Translations under genes and position numbers: made by a program
Notes under the pieces: model-generated
The model's input: only the letters and a program-made list of their open reading frames with translations
What the model was told of the DNA's origin: nothing
The model's database searches: none
In this document: one piece after another, positions 1 to 12,466 of the stretch
Layout of the letters: each line of letters begins with the position of its first letter
Position numbering within the stretch: the first letter of the stretch is position 1
Assembly (NCBI GenBank): GCA_963812825.1
Contig: CAWEWO010000009.1
Location: 459,087-523,086, forward strand
Length of the DNA stretch: 64,000 bases
Source of the DNA: an uncultured Bacteroidota bacterium
Lineage (GTDB): Bacteria > Bacteroidota > Bacteroidia > Chitinophagales > Chitinophagaceae
Reading direction: 5' to 3'

Positions 1-457
1 TTGACCGGAAGTAAGAATTCTTTCACATCCGATTTCAATAATGTCTTCCAGCGCTTCAAAGGGATTACGCGTCCAGTCAAATGCCCGGTGAAAACAGACA
101 CCCATGGGATATGCTTTTTCGACCAGCCTCGCGGAATGGGTTTTGTCCACCCGTCCATCCGGCAATAAGATGCCAAAGACAACTCCATCACAACCTGCCG
201 ATTTGCAGGCTTCCACTTCATGCAGCATCACCTCGAATTCTTCTTCCGAAAATAAAAAATCACCTCCGCGGATACGTATGATGGGATATAGTTCGATATC
301 TGATTTTCCTGCGGACTGTTTTGATTAGTCCGATTCCCGGTGTGGTTCCACCGGCAGCCGGATCGGCACAAAGTTCGATGCGGTCAGCACCGGCATCGGC
401 AGCGATCATGGCGGAATCCAGATTATAACAACAAATTTCCAGAATATTTTTTTCCAT
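1..457 (-). CDS. cutC: Copper homeostasis protein CutC family (TIM barrel); 3' end outside window; frameshifted
   Basis: N-terminus MEKNILEICCYNLDSAMIAADAGADRIELCADPAAGGTTP is the CutC signature; continues in another frame with GVTFHRAFD-like sequence; start overlaps the upstream stop (TGATG at 457). Confidence 0.9.
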
Positions 458-1520
458 CAGCTAAACCAGCTTTCGGATTCATAAATTTTTTCTTCTGTAC
501 CGGAACGCACGGCATAGGTAAATCCTTTTTGAATGCAGAATGCGCCATAACTGCCGTCTTTTTTCAATGCCAGAAAACCCACCTGCAGGTTTTTTGCTTT
601 TTCCGGATCGCGTATTACAATTCTTTCCACGGCCTTGCGGCAGGCTTCACGCGGCGACAATCCCTGTCGCATATATTCAACGACCAGGTGAGAACCGACA
701 ATCCGGATCACTTCTTCTCCCACACCTGTCGATGTGGCAGATCCGATTTCATTGTCCACAAATAACCCGGCGCCGATAATGGGCGAATCGCCTACACTTC
801 CATGCATTTTAAAAGCCATGCCGCTGGTGGTACAGGCTCCGCTGAGATTCCCCTGCTGTCCAGGGCCAGCATGCCAATCGTATCGTGGTTAGATAACCCC
901 GGTCTGTCTGCATCCGACCGACCCTGATCGAATGAATCCTTTGACTTTTTAACCGGTTAAATGAATTGTATTTTTTATTTTCTACATTGATAACAGGTTC
1001 ATATTTTGAATTCTGCAGCCATTCTTTCCAGATTTTTTCGCTTTCCGGTGTCAGCAGATTTTCTTTTTTAAATCCATTGGCCAGGGCAAATTCGCAGCGC
1101 ACCGTTACCGGCCAGTACAATATGCGGGGTTTTTTCCATCACCAGCCGCGCAACGGAAATGGGATGAACAATATATTCCAGGACACATCACGGATCCGCA
1201 ATTACTATTTTCATCCATGATGCAGGCATCCAGTGTAACATAACCATCCCGGTCAGGCAGACCGCCATAACCTACGGAATGATTATCGGGATCCGCTTCC
1301 GGAATTTTTACCCCAGCTTCAACTGCATCCAGTGCCCGTCCCTGTTTGCTCAATATTTCCCAGGCTGCTGCATTGGCAGCTTTGCCAAAATCCCAGGTGG
1401 AAATGACGATGGGTTTATTTATTGCCGTTTTAATTCCCGCACGGGCTTCGCCGACGTTCTTAAGAACCATCCGGTGGAAGCCAGAAAAGAAGAACCCAGG
1501 AATTTTCTTCTGTTAAACAT
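457..1520 (-). CDS. N(4)-(beta-N-acetylglucosaminyl)-L-asparaginase (glycosylasparaginase, Ntn hydrolase), Tat signal; frameshifted
   Basis: Fragments 1105-1470, 809-1120 and 457-819: KPIVISTW, SVGYGGLPDRDGYVTLDACIMD, autoproteolysis site NHD/TIGM near 870-890, VGDSPIIGAG; ATG at 1520 gives MFNRRKFL twin-arginine motif. Confidence 0.9.
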
Positions 1521-1581
1521 TTATAATCCGTTTATTATACAATTTAGGTGAAATAGTTTAGGGCGATATTGCAGTTTTATA

Positions 1582-1697
1582 ATGTGAAAAATGTGAAATT
1601 GTGGAAATGTGAAATAGAATGCAATTAAATATCTTAATACTTTAAAAGTATTTCTTTCACATTATCAATTACCAACTCCCATACTTCCATATTCCAT
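1582..1697. repeat. Degenerate 8-nt intergenic tandem repeats: purine-rich (AATGTGAA)n block, then pyrimidine-rich (CCATACTT)-like block
   Basis: aatgtgaaaaatgtgaaattgtggaaatgtgaaat at ~1582-1615; actcccatacttccatattccata at ~1675-1698. Confidence 0.55.
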
Positions 1698-1699
1698 AA

Positions 1700-3617
1700 A
1701 TGATAAATATGAAATTCAGCATCCTCCTTCCTCTGCTCTTCAACATACTGACAGGTTTTTCCCAGAGTGTAAGCCAGGACAGTGCCTGGTTCCGCGACAA
1801 TTATTATAAAATTGAAAAAGCGATTCCCATGCGCGACGGGATAAAACTTTTTACTTCCATTTATGTACCGAAAGACAGTACTGAAAAACATCCCATCCTG
1901 ATGGAAAGAACGCCGTATAACTGTGCACCATACGGACCGGACGAGTATCGGGATTTCTGGACATGGCTATCAGATATTTACTATCTGCGGGAAGGATATA
2001 TTCATGGTCATACAGGATGTGCGTGGCCGATGGATGAGCGAAGGAAAATTTGTTGACGTACGTCCATTCATTAAAGATAAAAAACCGGGTGATATTGATG
2101 AATCCACAGATGCTTATGATGCGATTGACTGGCTGGTAAAAAATATTCCCGGCAATAATGGAAAAGTGGGTGTTATTGGAATTCATATCCGGGATTTTAT
2201 GCCGGAATGGCAGCTGCTTCCGGTCATCCGGCCCTGAAAGCGGTGAGTCCCGCAGGCCCCTGTTACGGACTGGTTTATCGGAGATGATTTTCACCACAAC
2301 GGAGCATTTTTTTATATGGATGCCTTTGATTTTTATGTGCCGGCGGATTCGGACAGACCACATCCGGTACCCGTCAGTACGGAATCTCCAATGCCCGATC
2401 CTTATGACAGCAAGGACAATTACCAATTTTATCTGCAGCAGGGTGCTGATAAAAATTTATTGAAATTTACCGGCGACAGTATTGCTTTTTTCAAAGAAAT
2501 GTATAAACATCCGAATGAAGACGCCTGGTGGAAGGCGAGAAATGCAAGGGTGGCACAATATCAATATTAAACCTGCCATCCTGGTTGTCGGCGGATTATT
2601 TGATGCAGAAGATTGTTTTGGAGCCTGGAATCTGTATAAAGCCATCCGAACACAAAGTCCGGAAACCAATGCACGCTGGTGATGGGTCCCTGGTATCATG
2701 AACAATGGTCAAGTAAGTGATGGAACTCATCTGGGAAATATTAATTTCGGATCCAATACTTCAGTAACCTATCAAAATGAAATTGAAATTCCCTTTTTCA
2801 ATCATTATCTGAAAGGGAAAAATGATCCGTCGATTGCGCGGGCGACCATATTTTTTTCCGGTGAAAATAAATGGAGAAAATTTGATTCCTGGCCAACCGA
2901 TCAGGCGAGGGAAGAAAAAATTTACCTGCAGGAAAAGAATGAATTATCTGCGAAACCGCCGGTAACGGAATCTGCATATGATGAATATATCAGTGATCCC
3001 GCCCATCCGGTTCCTTATACAGCAGATGTTCATTTTAACCGGACCCGGGATTATATGACAGACGACCAGCGATTTGCCAGCCGCAGGCCGGATGTACTCA
3101 GCTATCTGACTCCCATTCTCAGCGAGGATTTAACCATCGGGGGACCTGTAACTGGCGGATCTGCAATGCAGTATCAGTACTACGGATGCGGATTTTGTAG
3201 TGAAAATCATTGATGTTTTTCCCGATAGTCTTTCTTTTCAGCGTATCGATATCTATGCTGTAAACGAGCCTGAAAAAATCTATCCGATGGGTGGTTATCA
3301 GATGCTGGTACGGGGAGAAATTTTCCGGGGCAAATTCCGAAACAGTTTCGAAAAACCGGAACCCTTTCAACCCGGCAAACCGGAAACTGTGCGGTTTACT
3401 CTGCCTGATATAGCCCATACATTTAAAAAAGGACACCGGCTGATGATCCAGATACAAAGCAGCTGGTTTCCGCTGGCAGACCGGAATCCGCAAAAATTTA
3501 CAAATATCTATACCTGCGAAGATTCGGATTTTCAAAAATCCAGCTATTCGTATTTATCATGACAGCCACCATCCTTCGTCCATCATCCTCCCGGTAATTT
3601 CCGGAAAACTGGAATAG
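1700..3617 (+). CDS. CocE/NonD family hydrolase (alpha-amino acid ester hydrolase / glutaryl-7-ACA acylase-like), signal peptide; several frameshifts
   Basis: IPMRDGIKLFTSIYVP, ILMERTPY, QDVRGRWMSEG, DESTDAYDAIDWLVKN, YISDPAHPVPY, DQRFASRRPDVL, HTFKKGHRLMIQIQSSWFPL across fragments; stop at 3615-3617. Confidence 0.9.
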
Positions 3618-3712
3618 GACTTTTACTATAGTATAATTTTTTCCTAAATGCGGAAGCGGATATTTAATTTAGGGTTGAATTAACTCTTTCATTCAGACGC
3701 AATTCCGCGATT

Positions 3713-4403
3713 ATGGAATCCGCAAAACAACAATCGCATTCGCTTGAGTTATGGCTCCAGGATGTTCAATCTTATATTTACACGGTTGACAAGTGGCCCC
3801 ATGAAACATGCAAGCTTTCAATTTAACAGGGCTAGTTTCAGTTACAAGAGAAAAAATAAAAAAAGCCAGGATGAACTTTCCATTATTTTTCTAAGCCAGT
3901 TTCCCGTCAGTTACCGGGTTGGTTTCCAGCTTGAAATCTGGCATCCGCAAATAAAACAGATCAAGGAATCTTTTATGAGTGAAATTCTGGAGAAGGATTC
4001 CAATCTCTGCAGCATTATACTATACATGAAGGATTTTCCATCCAATGATCCCGGAAAATGAATTCGTAAAAGATTATTCCATTTATAATCACCGGGATTT
4101 ATTTATGGTAGGCAGACTGGCTGGCACAGACACTGCAATATGAACTGGTTCCTATGTGTGATCAGCTGAGTTCTATTGAACACATGGATAATTTTTTTGA
4201 AGCAAAACCGGACTGGTCGCTGAATACCCATAGCGGCGGAAATATCTGCACCGATCTGATTGTTGCCAAACTGAATCAGAAGAAGAGATTTCCATGACCG
4301 CTATCAGCAGCTGATGCAGGGCCTTCAGGAAAAAATTGAAAACCGGCAGATGAATCCTGACAGCCGGCAATTGCTTACTCTCTGTTACGAAACCATCCGG
4401 TAA
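3713..4403 (+). CDS. Hypothetical protein, frameshifted (weak resemblance to DUF4304-type proteins)
   Basis: ATG 3713, ORF 3744-4061 and a continuing open frame ending ...LLTLCYETIR* at 4403. Confidence 0.45.
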
Positions 4404-4537
4404 TCCGATGACAGTATTGACCGGAGTTTCCACACATGTCCGAATACTTCCGATACTTCCACCTACTTTCAGACTTTAGGTAGATTGATAAATTAGCCCC
4501 TATTTTCGCAGATAATTTGAAATAAACAAGCTGCAAT

Positions 4538-6446
4538 ATGAAAATGGTAGATTCTTTCGAAAAGATTCCCTTGGAAATTTTCCCGAATGCAACAGCCGGA
4601 TCTGCATTTGTTGCCAAAAAGATCGCCGAACTGATCCGTGAAAAGGAAAAAAATAAAGAACGATGTGTGCTCGGTCTTTCTACCGGAAAATCTCCCCTGA
4701 AATTATATGCGGAACTGATCCGGATGCATCGGGAAGAAGGACTGAGTTTCCGAAATGTGATGGCATTCAACCTGGATGAATATTATCCGATTCAACGAAG
4801 CGCCAGCCAGAGTTATTACCGTTTCATGAAGGAAAATCTCTTTGATCATATTGATATTGATCCGAAGAATTGTTATATTCCGAATGGAGAATTGCCCAAA
4901 GATGACATGAAAGGCATTTTGTGCAGAATATGAACAGGCGATCATAGATGCGGGTGGAATTGATTTGCAGATCCTGGGCATCGGTTCCAACGGACATATT
5001 GGTTTTAATGAACCCGGTTCCAGCCGGTTTTCCAAAACCCGGGTTACACCACTGGAAAATTCCACCCGCTTATCCAATGCCGGTGATTTTGACAGTGTAA
5101 CCCAGGTACCCCGTTTATCGGTAACCATGGGCATCAGTACAATTCTCAACAGCAGAAAAATCATCCTGATGGCCTGGGGAAGCAACAAAGCACCGGCCAT
5201 CCAGAAATCCGTGGAAGGCAATGAGACGGAAGAAATGCCTGCCTCCATTCTGCAGCAACATGACGATACCTTATTTGTAACTGATGAAGCCGCAGCGGCT
5301 GACCTTACCCGTTTCAAAGCACCCTGGCTTACCGGCGACTGCGACTGGAACGCGGATATTCTTCGCAAAGCTGTTGTAAATACCGCCCTGAAACTGGGCA
5401 AACCTATTCTAAGTCTGACAGATAAAGATTATAACGACCATGGATTGAGTGATCTGCTTGCGGTAAAGGGAGATGCTTATGAAATCAACCTGCAGGTATT
5501 TTATATGCTGCGGGACAGTATTACCGGCTGGCCCGGCGGGAAAAATCAACCCCTTGCCGAATCCTCCGGAAAGAATGATTCCTTATCCCAAACGATGCCT
5601 GATTTTTTCTCCGCATCCGGATGATGATATTATTTCTATGGGAGGAACTTTTATGCGTTTGCATGATCAGGGTCATGAAGTACATGTAGGTTACCAGACT
5701 TCCGGAAATATTGCGGTTACAGATGAATTTGTAACCCGCTTTATCGATTTTGCTGTTGGATTTGAATCGATGTTCGGAATCGATAACAAAAGATCAACCG
5801 AAATTCTCGACCAATGCCAAAAATTATCTGAAAGAAAAAAAATCCTCCGGTGTTGATTCACCTGAAATCCGCAACATAAAAGGATTGATCCGACGATGTG
5901 AAGCCAGAGCAACCTGTCGGTATGTTGGCATTCCGGAAAGCGGAATTCATTTTCTGAATCTTCCTTTTTATGAAACCGGAACCATTGAAAAAAAACCAAT
6001 GAGTGAAGAAGATGTGCAGATTACGATGGAATTATTGCAGAAAATAAAACCTCACCAGGTTTATTGCGCCGGCGATCTCGCTGATCCGCATGGAACCCAT
6101 AAGGTTTGTCTGGATGTGGTTTTTGAATCCATGAAACGACTTAAAAACAGCCGGTGAATCCTGGGTGAAGGATTGCTGGGTTTGGTTATATAAAGGAGCC
6201 TGGCAGGAATGGGATGTGAGTGAAATTGAAATGGCCATTCCGATGAGCCCGGACCAGGTATTGAAAAAACGATTTGGTATTTTTATTCACCAGTCGCAAA
6301 AAGATATGGTTCCTTTCCAGGGAACCGATAGCCGTGAATTCTGGCAAAGGGCCGAAGACCGAAATGCAAATACAGCCAATTTGTATGCCCAGCTGGGTCT
6401 TACAAAATATGCGGCGATGGAAGCATTTAAAAGATGGCATTTTTAA
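4538..6446 (+). CDS. nagB: Glucosamine-6-phosphate deaminase, long Bacteroidota form with C-terminal PIG-L/LmbE deacetylase-like domain; frameshifted
   Basis: VLGLSTGKSP, FNLDEYYP, QILGIGSNGHIGFNEPGS; C-domain FSPHPDDDIISMGGT, DPHGTH, HQSQKD, DSREFWQRAEDRN. Confidence 0.95.
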
Positions 6447-6607
6447 GCTTAACTGATTAACAGCTAAGCGTGTAACGCTAGGAGTTATTCATATTTTAAC
6501 TTGATATAAATCAATTTCTTGGAAAAAATTTATGTCTTGAGGGAAGGAATTAAACAGTTCAGACTGACGACTTGGAAGGTCAGATCTGCAAATAAAAGTA
6601 CTGTAAC

Positions 6608-7355
6608 TTGATGCTCCGCATACTTCCAATCTTAAAACTGGTCCGATGGCCTGGAAAATTCCTTCATTCAGATGGAAATTCTGGATCAGGTATGGTAATT
6701 TTTGCCGGGATTTTAATAGCCCTTCCTTTCTTTTTTGATGCCATCGAAGCCAGGAATGGCTACCTGTTGACCGATTTTATATTGGAATGGATTCCCGCAC
6801 AAATGTTTCAGTAGCTGTCTTCTTTCTGATCTGGTCATCCTGTCTGATTCTGGTCATCCGGATCTACCGGGACCCCATGATGCTGCTGGTTATGTTATGG
6901 GCTTATAATGGCGTTACGTTGCTCAGAATGGCCTGTATTGGCCTGATTTCATTGAATCCGCCGGCTGGACTCATTCCCCTCGCAGACCCGATTACCAATC
7001 AGTTTTACGGCGACACATTATATTACCCATGATCTTTTTTTTTCAGGTCATACCACAACCGTTTTCCTGGTTTTTCTCTGTCTGAAAAAAAAATGGGACC
7101 GTATTTATGCTCTTTTTGCATCCATAATATCTGGGTATATTACTTCTTGTTCAGCATGTACATTATACGGTGGATGTTTTGGCAGCACCGGTGTTTACGT
7201 ATGCGGTATACCGGTTGGCCTTAATTTTTACAAAACAGAAAAATAACCGCTTTGACCGTCCGACATTGCATCTGTTAAAGAAGTATTTTTATGAATACCA
7301 AGGGCGTGCGTTTAGACGTTTATATGTACCCCGGGAATTAACAACTGGGGAATAA
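6608..7355 (+). CDS. PAP2-related membrane protein (PAP2_C / sphingomyelin-synthase-like); frameshifted, ends approximate
   Basis: Multiple hydrophobic segments; HDLFFSGHT near 7030 and HVHYTVDV near 7155, the catalytic His/His/Asp motifs of SMS-like PAP2 proteins. Confidence 0.75.
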
Positions 7356-7507
7356 GAATTTAAGACAGGGCTGGTTAATAGCACTTTATTCATTAATTTT
7401 GCCGATAATAAAAAATTCATAATTATTTTTAAGTTAATTTCATCCTGTTCAAATATGGGTTTTAAGCGGCTGATTTCCCCTGCTAAAGACTTAAATGCTA
7501 CCATGAT

Positions 7508-8321
7508 ATGAAAAAATTACTATGCCCTGATTTCGTTTTAGGTGACAAAATAACCCCCGAGCAATCAGCTTTTTTCCATAAAAATGGGGTGATCATATTT
7601 CGCAATGTCCTGAAACCTGAAACCGTTGCTTTTTTCATCCAGGAAATCAACCGGATCGAGAAGCAATTGCTGGATGAAGGGAAAGGACAAAATCAACGGA
7701 GTTCCCCTAAAATTTGGTAAGGATCACGACGGTAAAACGATCATACAGCGTTTGTGCTTTTTGTCGCTTTTCAGTCCGACTTTCCATGAATTTCTACAAG
7801 ACCCCGCCTGGTGGCATTGTTGGAACTTCTGCAGCCATACGAAGGCCGTATTGCAGAAAATGAAAAAGATGGTTTGATCCTGAATCATTATGTACGCACT
7901 CCGGAAAGTAAATTTTCCCAGATGGGATGGCATACAGACAGCCCCCGGGATTTGTTCCTGGGTCAGAAGATCATGCCGATGCTGAATGTTGGAATCCATC
8001 TGGATCCCTGCCCTTTTGAAAATGGTGGTCTGCGCGTTCTTCCCGGAACCCATACACAGGGCGTTTTACGTTTACTCTTCAAGAAAAAATACTTCATAGA
8101 CAATAACCCGGATGCCCGCGAAATCGGATTTGATATCAATGCGGGCGATCTGACCGTTCATGACGGCCGTATCTGGCATCGTGCACAGCAATCCCCATTT
8201 GGGAGAAGCCAGTCGCCGCAGGGTAATGTACGTACCTATTATTACCGGTAAATACATGCCCAAGAACGAAAAAAGTAAAACACCTTTTTACCATCGTTTC
8301 GCTTCCAAAGTACAGAACTAA
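7508..8321 (+). CDS. Phytanoyl-CoA dioxygenase (PhyH) family Fe(II)/2-oxoglutarate oxygenase; frameshifted
   Basis: FFHKNGVIIFRNVL, GWHTD (HxD), ENGGLRVLPGTH, AGDLTVHDGRIWH. Confidence 0.88.
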
Positions 8322-8349
8322 GGAATCAGCGAAATTTAAATGAACGCAA

Positions 8350-9128
8350 ATGCCTTTTGCACTCATCACCGGAGCCAGCAAAGGAATTGGAAAAGCTATT
8401 GCGGAAATGCTTGCAGAACGCGGTTATGATCTCCTGCTGGTTGCAAGGTCTGCTGATCTGCTGGAACAGGTTGCGACAGAAATTCAGTCCGCTAACAAAA
8501 AGAAATTGCCAATGGCTTGCCGTGGATCTTGCCGGAATGACAGGCCGCAGAAACTGTTTTTGAATGGTGTAATAAAAATCAGTTTGCTGTATCTGTTCTG
8601 GTAAACAACGCAGGTTATGGTCTGAGTGGAAGTTTTGAAAAATATTCCGCTCAGGAACATGCAGATATGCTGCAGGTAAATATTATCACGCTGACCAAAT
8701 TAACCAGTTTGTTTCTTCCCGGCACTGCTACAAACAACCCGCCGGATATATTCTCAATATCGGCAGTTCCGCTTCTTACCAGGCAGTGCCCTTATCTTTC
8801 GGCCTATGCGGCTTCCAAAGCATATGTTTTGAATTTCAGCCGCGGACTTTATCAGGAACTCAGGAAGACAAATATTTCGGTAACCTGCATTTGTCCGGGA
8901 CCGACGGATACAAATTTTGTAAACCGGGCCAATGTGGGAACTAAAGGACAAAAAGCTGCTGAACAGTTTAATATGTCTCCACAGACAGTGGCACAAATTG
9001 CCGTTGACAGTCTGTTCCGCCGTCGGCCGGAAGTGATTACGGGCGGCATGAATAAACTCAGTGCTTTTTTTGCCTGGCTGCTTCCAAAATCCCTGGTGGA
9101 AGAAATTGCAAAAAAATTATACGACTGA
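8350..9128 (+). CDS. SDR family NAD(P)-dependent oxidoreductase; frameshifted
   Basis: [22 protein letters not shown] (YxxxK), CPGPTDT. Confidence 0.92.
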
Positions 9129-9184
9129 CTGAACATAAAGTTCAGCGAAATGCTGAAAAGCTTGAAATGTTCTGAAATCATGAG

Positions 9185-10398
9185 ATGTTGAAAATCCAAT
9201 TATCTGTCTTTTTGTTATCTATTCTTTCCATGCAATCTGATCTGCACAGAACAGCTCATCCCGCCGATTACACACCGGTGCAGATCAGACTGAAAAATAT
9301 TTTCCTATCCTGCGGGGTAAAAGGGTTGCTGTTGTTGCCAATCCAACTTCACAAATTGCCGGCACTCCACTTGTAGACAGTCTGCTTCATTCCGGAATCC
9401 GGGTGGTAAAAGTATTCGGACCCGAACATGGATTCCGTGGTAATGCCAGTAATGGTGCTTCTGTTGCGGACAGTTTTGATCCGCTAACCGGTATTCCGGT
9501 CATTTCGCTTGTATGGAAAAAAATCAATGCCTTCCCGGGAAGATCTGCAGGATGTTGATATAGCTTGTTTTTGATATTCAGGATGTCGGTGCCCGGTTCT
9601 TCACTTATATCATCACCCTGCAACGTGTCATGCAGTCCTGTGCTGATTTTCATAAACCCTTGCTGATTCTGGACCGACCCAATCCAAATGGATATTATGT
9701 GGATGGACCGGTTCTCGAAGATTCATTACGTTCAGGTGTAGGTCTTCAACCCATTCCCATCGTACATGGTATGACAATGGGTGAAATGGCAAAAATGATC
9801 AATGGAGAAGGCTGGTTGCCGAATAAAGTGAAATGTGATTTACAGATCATTACAATGGCAAATTATACCCATGCTTCAGCAGTATATATTACCCGTACCT
9901 CCTTCTCCCAATCTGAATACAGCTGAGTCCATCCTGCTGTATCCAAGTCTTTGTCTTTTTGAAGGAACCGTTATCAGTCTGGGAAGAGGTACCCAACGAC
10001 CGTTTACCATGCTGGGTGCACCTGCACTTAGCGGAAAATATAAATTCAGTTTCAAGCCGGTATCCATTCCCGGCATGAGTGAACATCCGCTTTATCAGGA
10101 CTCGCTTTGTTTCGGCTTGAATCTTGGAAATGTATGATCTGGAAAATCTTCGTCGTAAAAAACAAATCGACCTGCATTGGTTAATGGAATGTTATCAGGC
10201 TTATCCTCAGAAAGAAAGTATTTTTTGATGCTTCCCGAAGCAAACAGATCGGCAATTTTGATAAACTCGCCGGTACGTCACATGCTTCGAAAACAGATTA
10301 TTGCCGGAATTTCCGAACAGACCATCCGCAAGAGCTGGGAACCAGCACTTTCACAGTTCAAAAGCAAAAGAAAAAAATATCTGCTTTATCCTGACTAG
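9185..10398 (+). CDS. namZ: Exo-beta-N-acetylmuramidase NamZ family (DUF1343); frameshifted
   Basis: FGPEHGFRG, FDIQDVG, ILDRPNPNG, PIVHGMTMGE, PPSPNL, LYPSLCLFEGT, RKKYLLY. Confidence 0.9.
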
Positions 10399-10568
10399 TC
10401 AGTTGAATCAGCCTGACAGCTTGACATTGTTCATCGACGATTACGTTAATCTTTTAGCAATCAGCTCATAGTCTGGTCAAATTTTTGCATTTAGAATTAA
10501 TCAGGCGTTACAGCGTTACGCGTTCAGGCTTTATTAATGCTTAAATTACATAACTAAAAACTTCAGTT

Positions 10569-11338
10569 ATGACAAATCAGAGATTTATCCAGACGCAGAT
10601 TTATACATACCGCCGGAAAAGCAGGTATGGCATGCAGGACTTACCGGATCTGTTCTGACAGCTTTGGCGAATACAAACTCCGATCCACGACCATTCCAAT
10701 GTTGCCGCCCGATCCTGTTCCTTATACGCAACGCCCCCTTCCCTATGCCTATACCGCACTGGAACCGGCGATCGATGCCATGACCATGGAAATACACTAT
10801 ACCAAACACGCAGCTACCTATGCAAAAAATCTTGCAGAAGCCGTGGAAGCAGAAAAAGTGGATACTTCAAAAGTGTCCCTGGAAGATCTGCTTGCATCCA
10901 TTTCAAAATATTCTACCAAAATGAGAAATAATGCAGGTGGACATTATAATCATTCCCTGTTTTGGGAACTGATGAATGCACCGGGCAAAGCAGCTGCTCC
11001 TTCTCCTGCACTGATGACCGCCATACAAAGAGATTTCGGATCCATGGATACGATTGAAAACAAAATTCAATGATGCTGCTAAAGGTCGTTTTGGCAGCGG
11101 ATGGGCCTGGGTGATTGTAAAAAAAGATGACAAACTGGATGTCATTTCCACACCCAACCAGGATAATCCACTGATGGATATCAGCTGAAATGCAAAGGAC
11201 AGCCTCTGTTTGGCATTGATGTGTGGGAACATGCTTATTATTTGAAATATCAAAATAAAAGACCGGATTATATCACTGCCTGGTGGTCCGTTCATCAACT
11301 GGGATTATATCAATACCCGTTATAGCAAAATGAGCTGA
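10569..11338 (+). CDS. sodA: Fe/Mn superoxide dismutase (Mn-type residues) with probable Tat signal; frameshifted
   Basis: [55 protein letters not shown]; N-terminal SRRRFI after frame correction. Confidence 0.92.
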
Positions 11339-11409
11339 TCATTGAAATGTCGGCGAACCTAATTTTCAATTTTAATTGTTTTAGTTCTTAAACTTTCAAG
11401 ATTTACATT

Positions 11410-12454
11410 ATGACAAAAACAAGAAGCTTTTGCCGCACAGGATGCACGAAGGCACTCTGGGTCCCTGGAATTTTGACCGTCGGGCTGTCGGACCAAAAGA
11501 TATTCAAATCGAAATTTTATATTGTGGTGTTTGCCATTCGGACTTCATCAGGTTAGAAATGAATGGGGTAATTCCATTTATCCCAATGGTGCCCGGTCAT
11601 GAAATTGTTGGAAGAATTACTAAGGTTGGTCCGATGTAAAAAAATTCAAAGTCGGTGAACTGGCAGGTGTGGGTTGCCTGGTGGATTCATGCAGAACCTG
11701 TGAAAATTGCAAGGAGGGTCTGGAACAATATTGCCTGAATGGAAGTTCACCCACTTATAATGGATTGGAGCAGGATAAAAAAACACCCACGTATGGCGGA
11801 TATTCAAAAATGATTGTAGCAGATGAGGATTTTGTCTTGCATATTTCAGACAAACTTCCCCTGCAGAATGTGGCACCCGCTGCTTTGCGCAGGTATAACA
11901 ACATATTCTCCGCTTAGACACTGGAAGGTGGGAAAGGGTCATAAACTGGCTGTACTCGGACTGGGTGGCCTGGGACATATGGCTGTGAAATTCGGTGTTT
12001 CTTTCGGTGCAGAAGTAACCATGCTCAGTTCTTCTCCTTCTAAAAAAGCAGATGCACGGAAACTGGGCGCGCATAAATTCGTTCTGACCAAAGATCCGGA
12101 ACAGTTGAAGTCAGTACAGGGATATTTTGATTTTATTATCGATACAGTTTCAGCCCCCCACGATTATAATCAATATCTCGGTTTGTTAAAAACAAATGGA
12201 GTACATATCTGTGTCGGTGCACCTCCTACTCCTGCGCAGATTTATGCATTCACTTTGATCGGGGGAAGGAAAAGTATCGCCGGTTCACTGATTGGCGGTT
12301 TGCCTGAAACTCAGGAAATGCTGAATTATTGTGCAGATCATCAAATCGTTTCGGATGTTGAATTGATAAACATCCAGGAAATTCATCGCGCTTACGACCG
12401 AATGCTAAAGGGAGATGTGAAATACGGTTTGTGATTGACATGGCTTCTTTGTAA
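11410..12454 (+). CDS. Zn-dependent NAD(P) alcohol dehydrogenase (cinnamyl-alcohol dehydrogenase/YahK-like); frameshifted
   Basis: YCGVCHSD, PGHEIVG, GCLVDSCRTCENC...C, PLLCAGITTYSPL, GLGGLGH, GSLIGG. Confidence 0.93.
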
Positions 12455-12466
12455 ATGCTGTTCAAA

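Noticed and set aside
4703-5401. Long antisense ORFs (for example 4703-5401, 1851-2426, 56866-57258, 61639-62118)
   Set aside because: Shadows of well-supported genes on the opposite strand, with no recognisable motifs.
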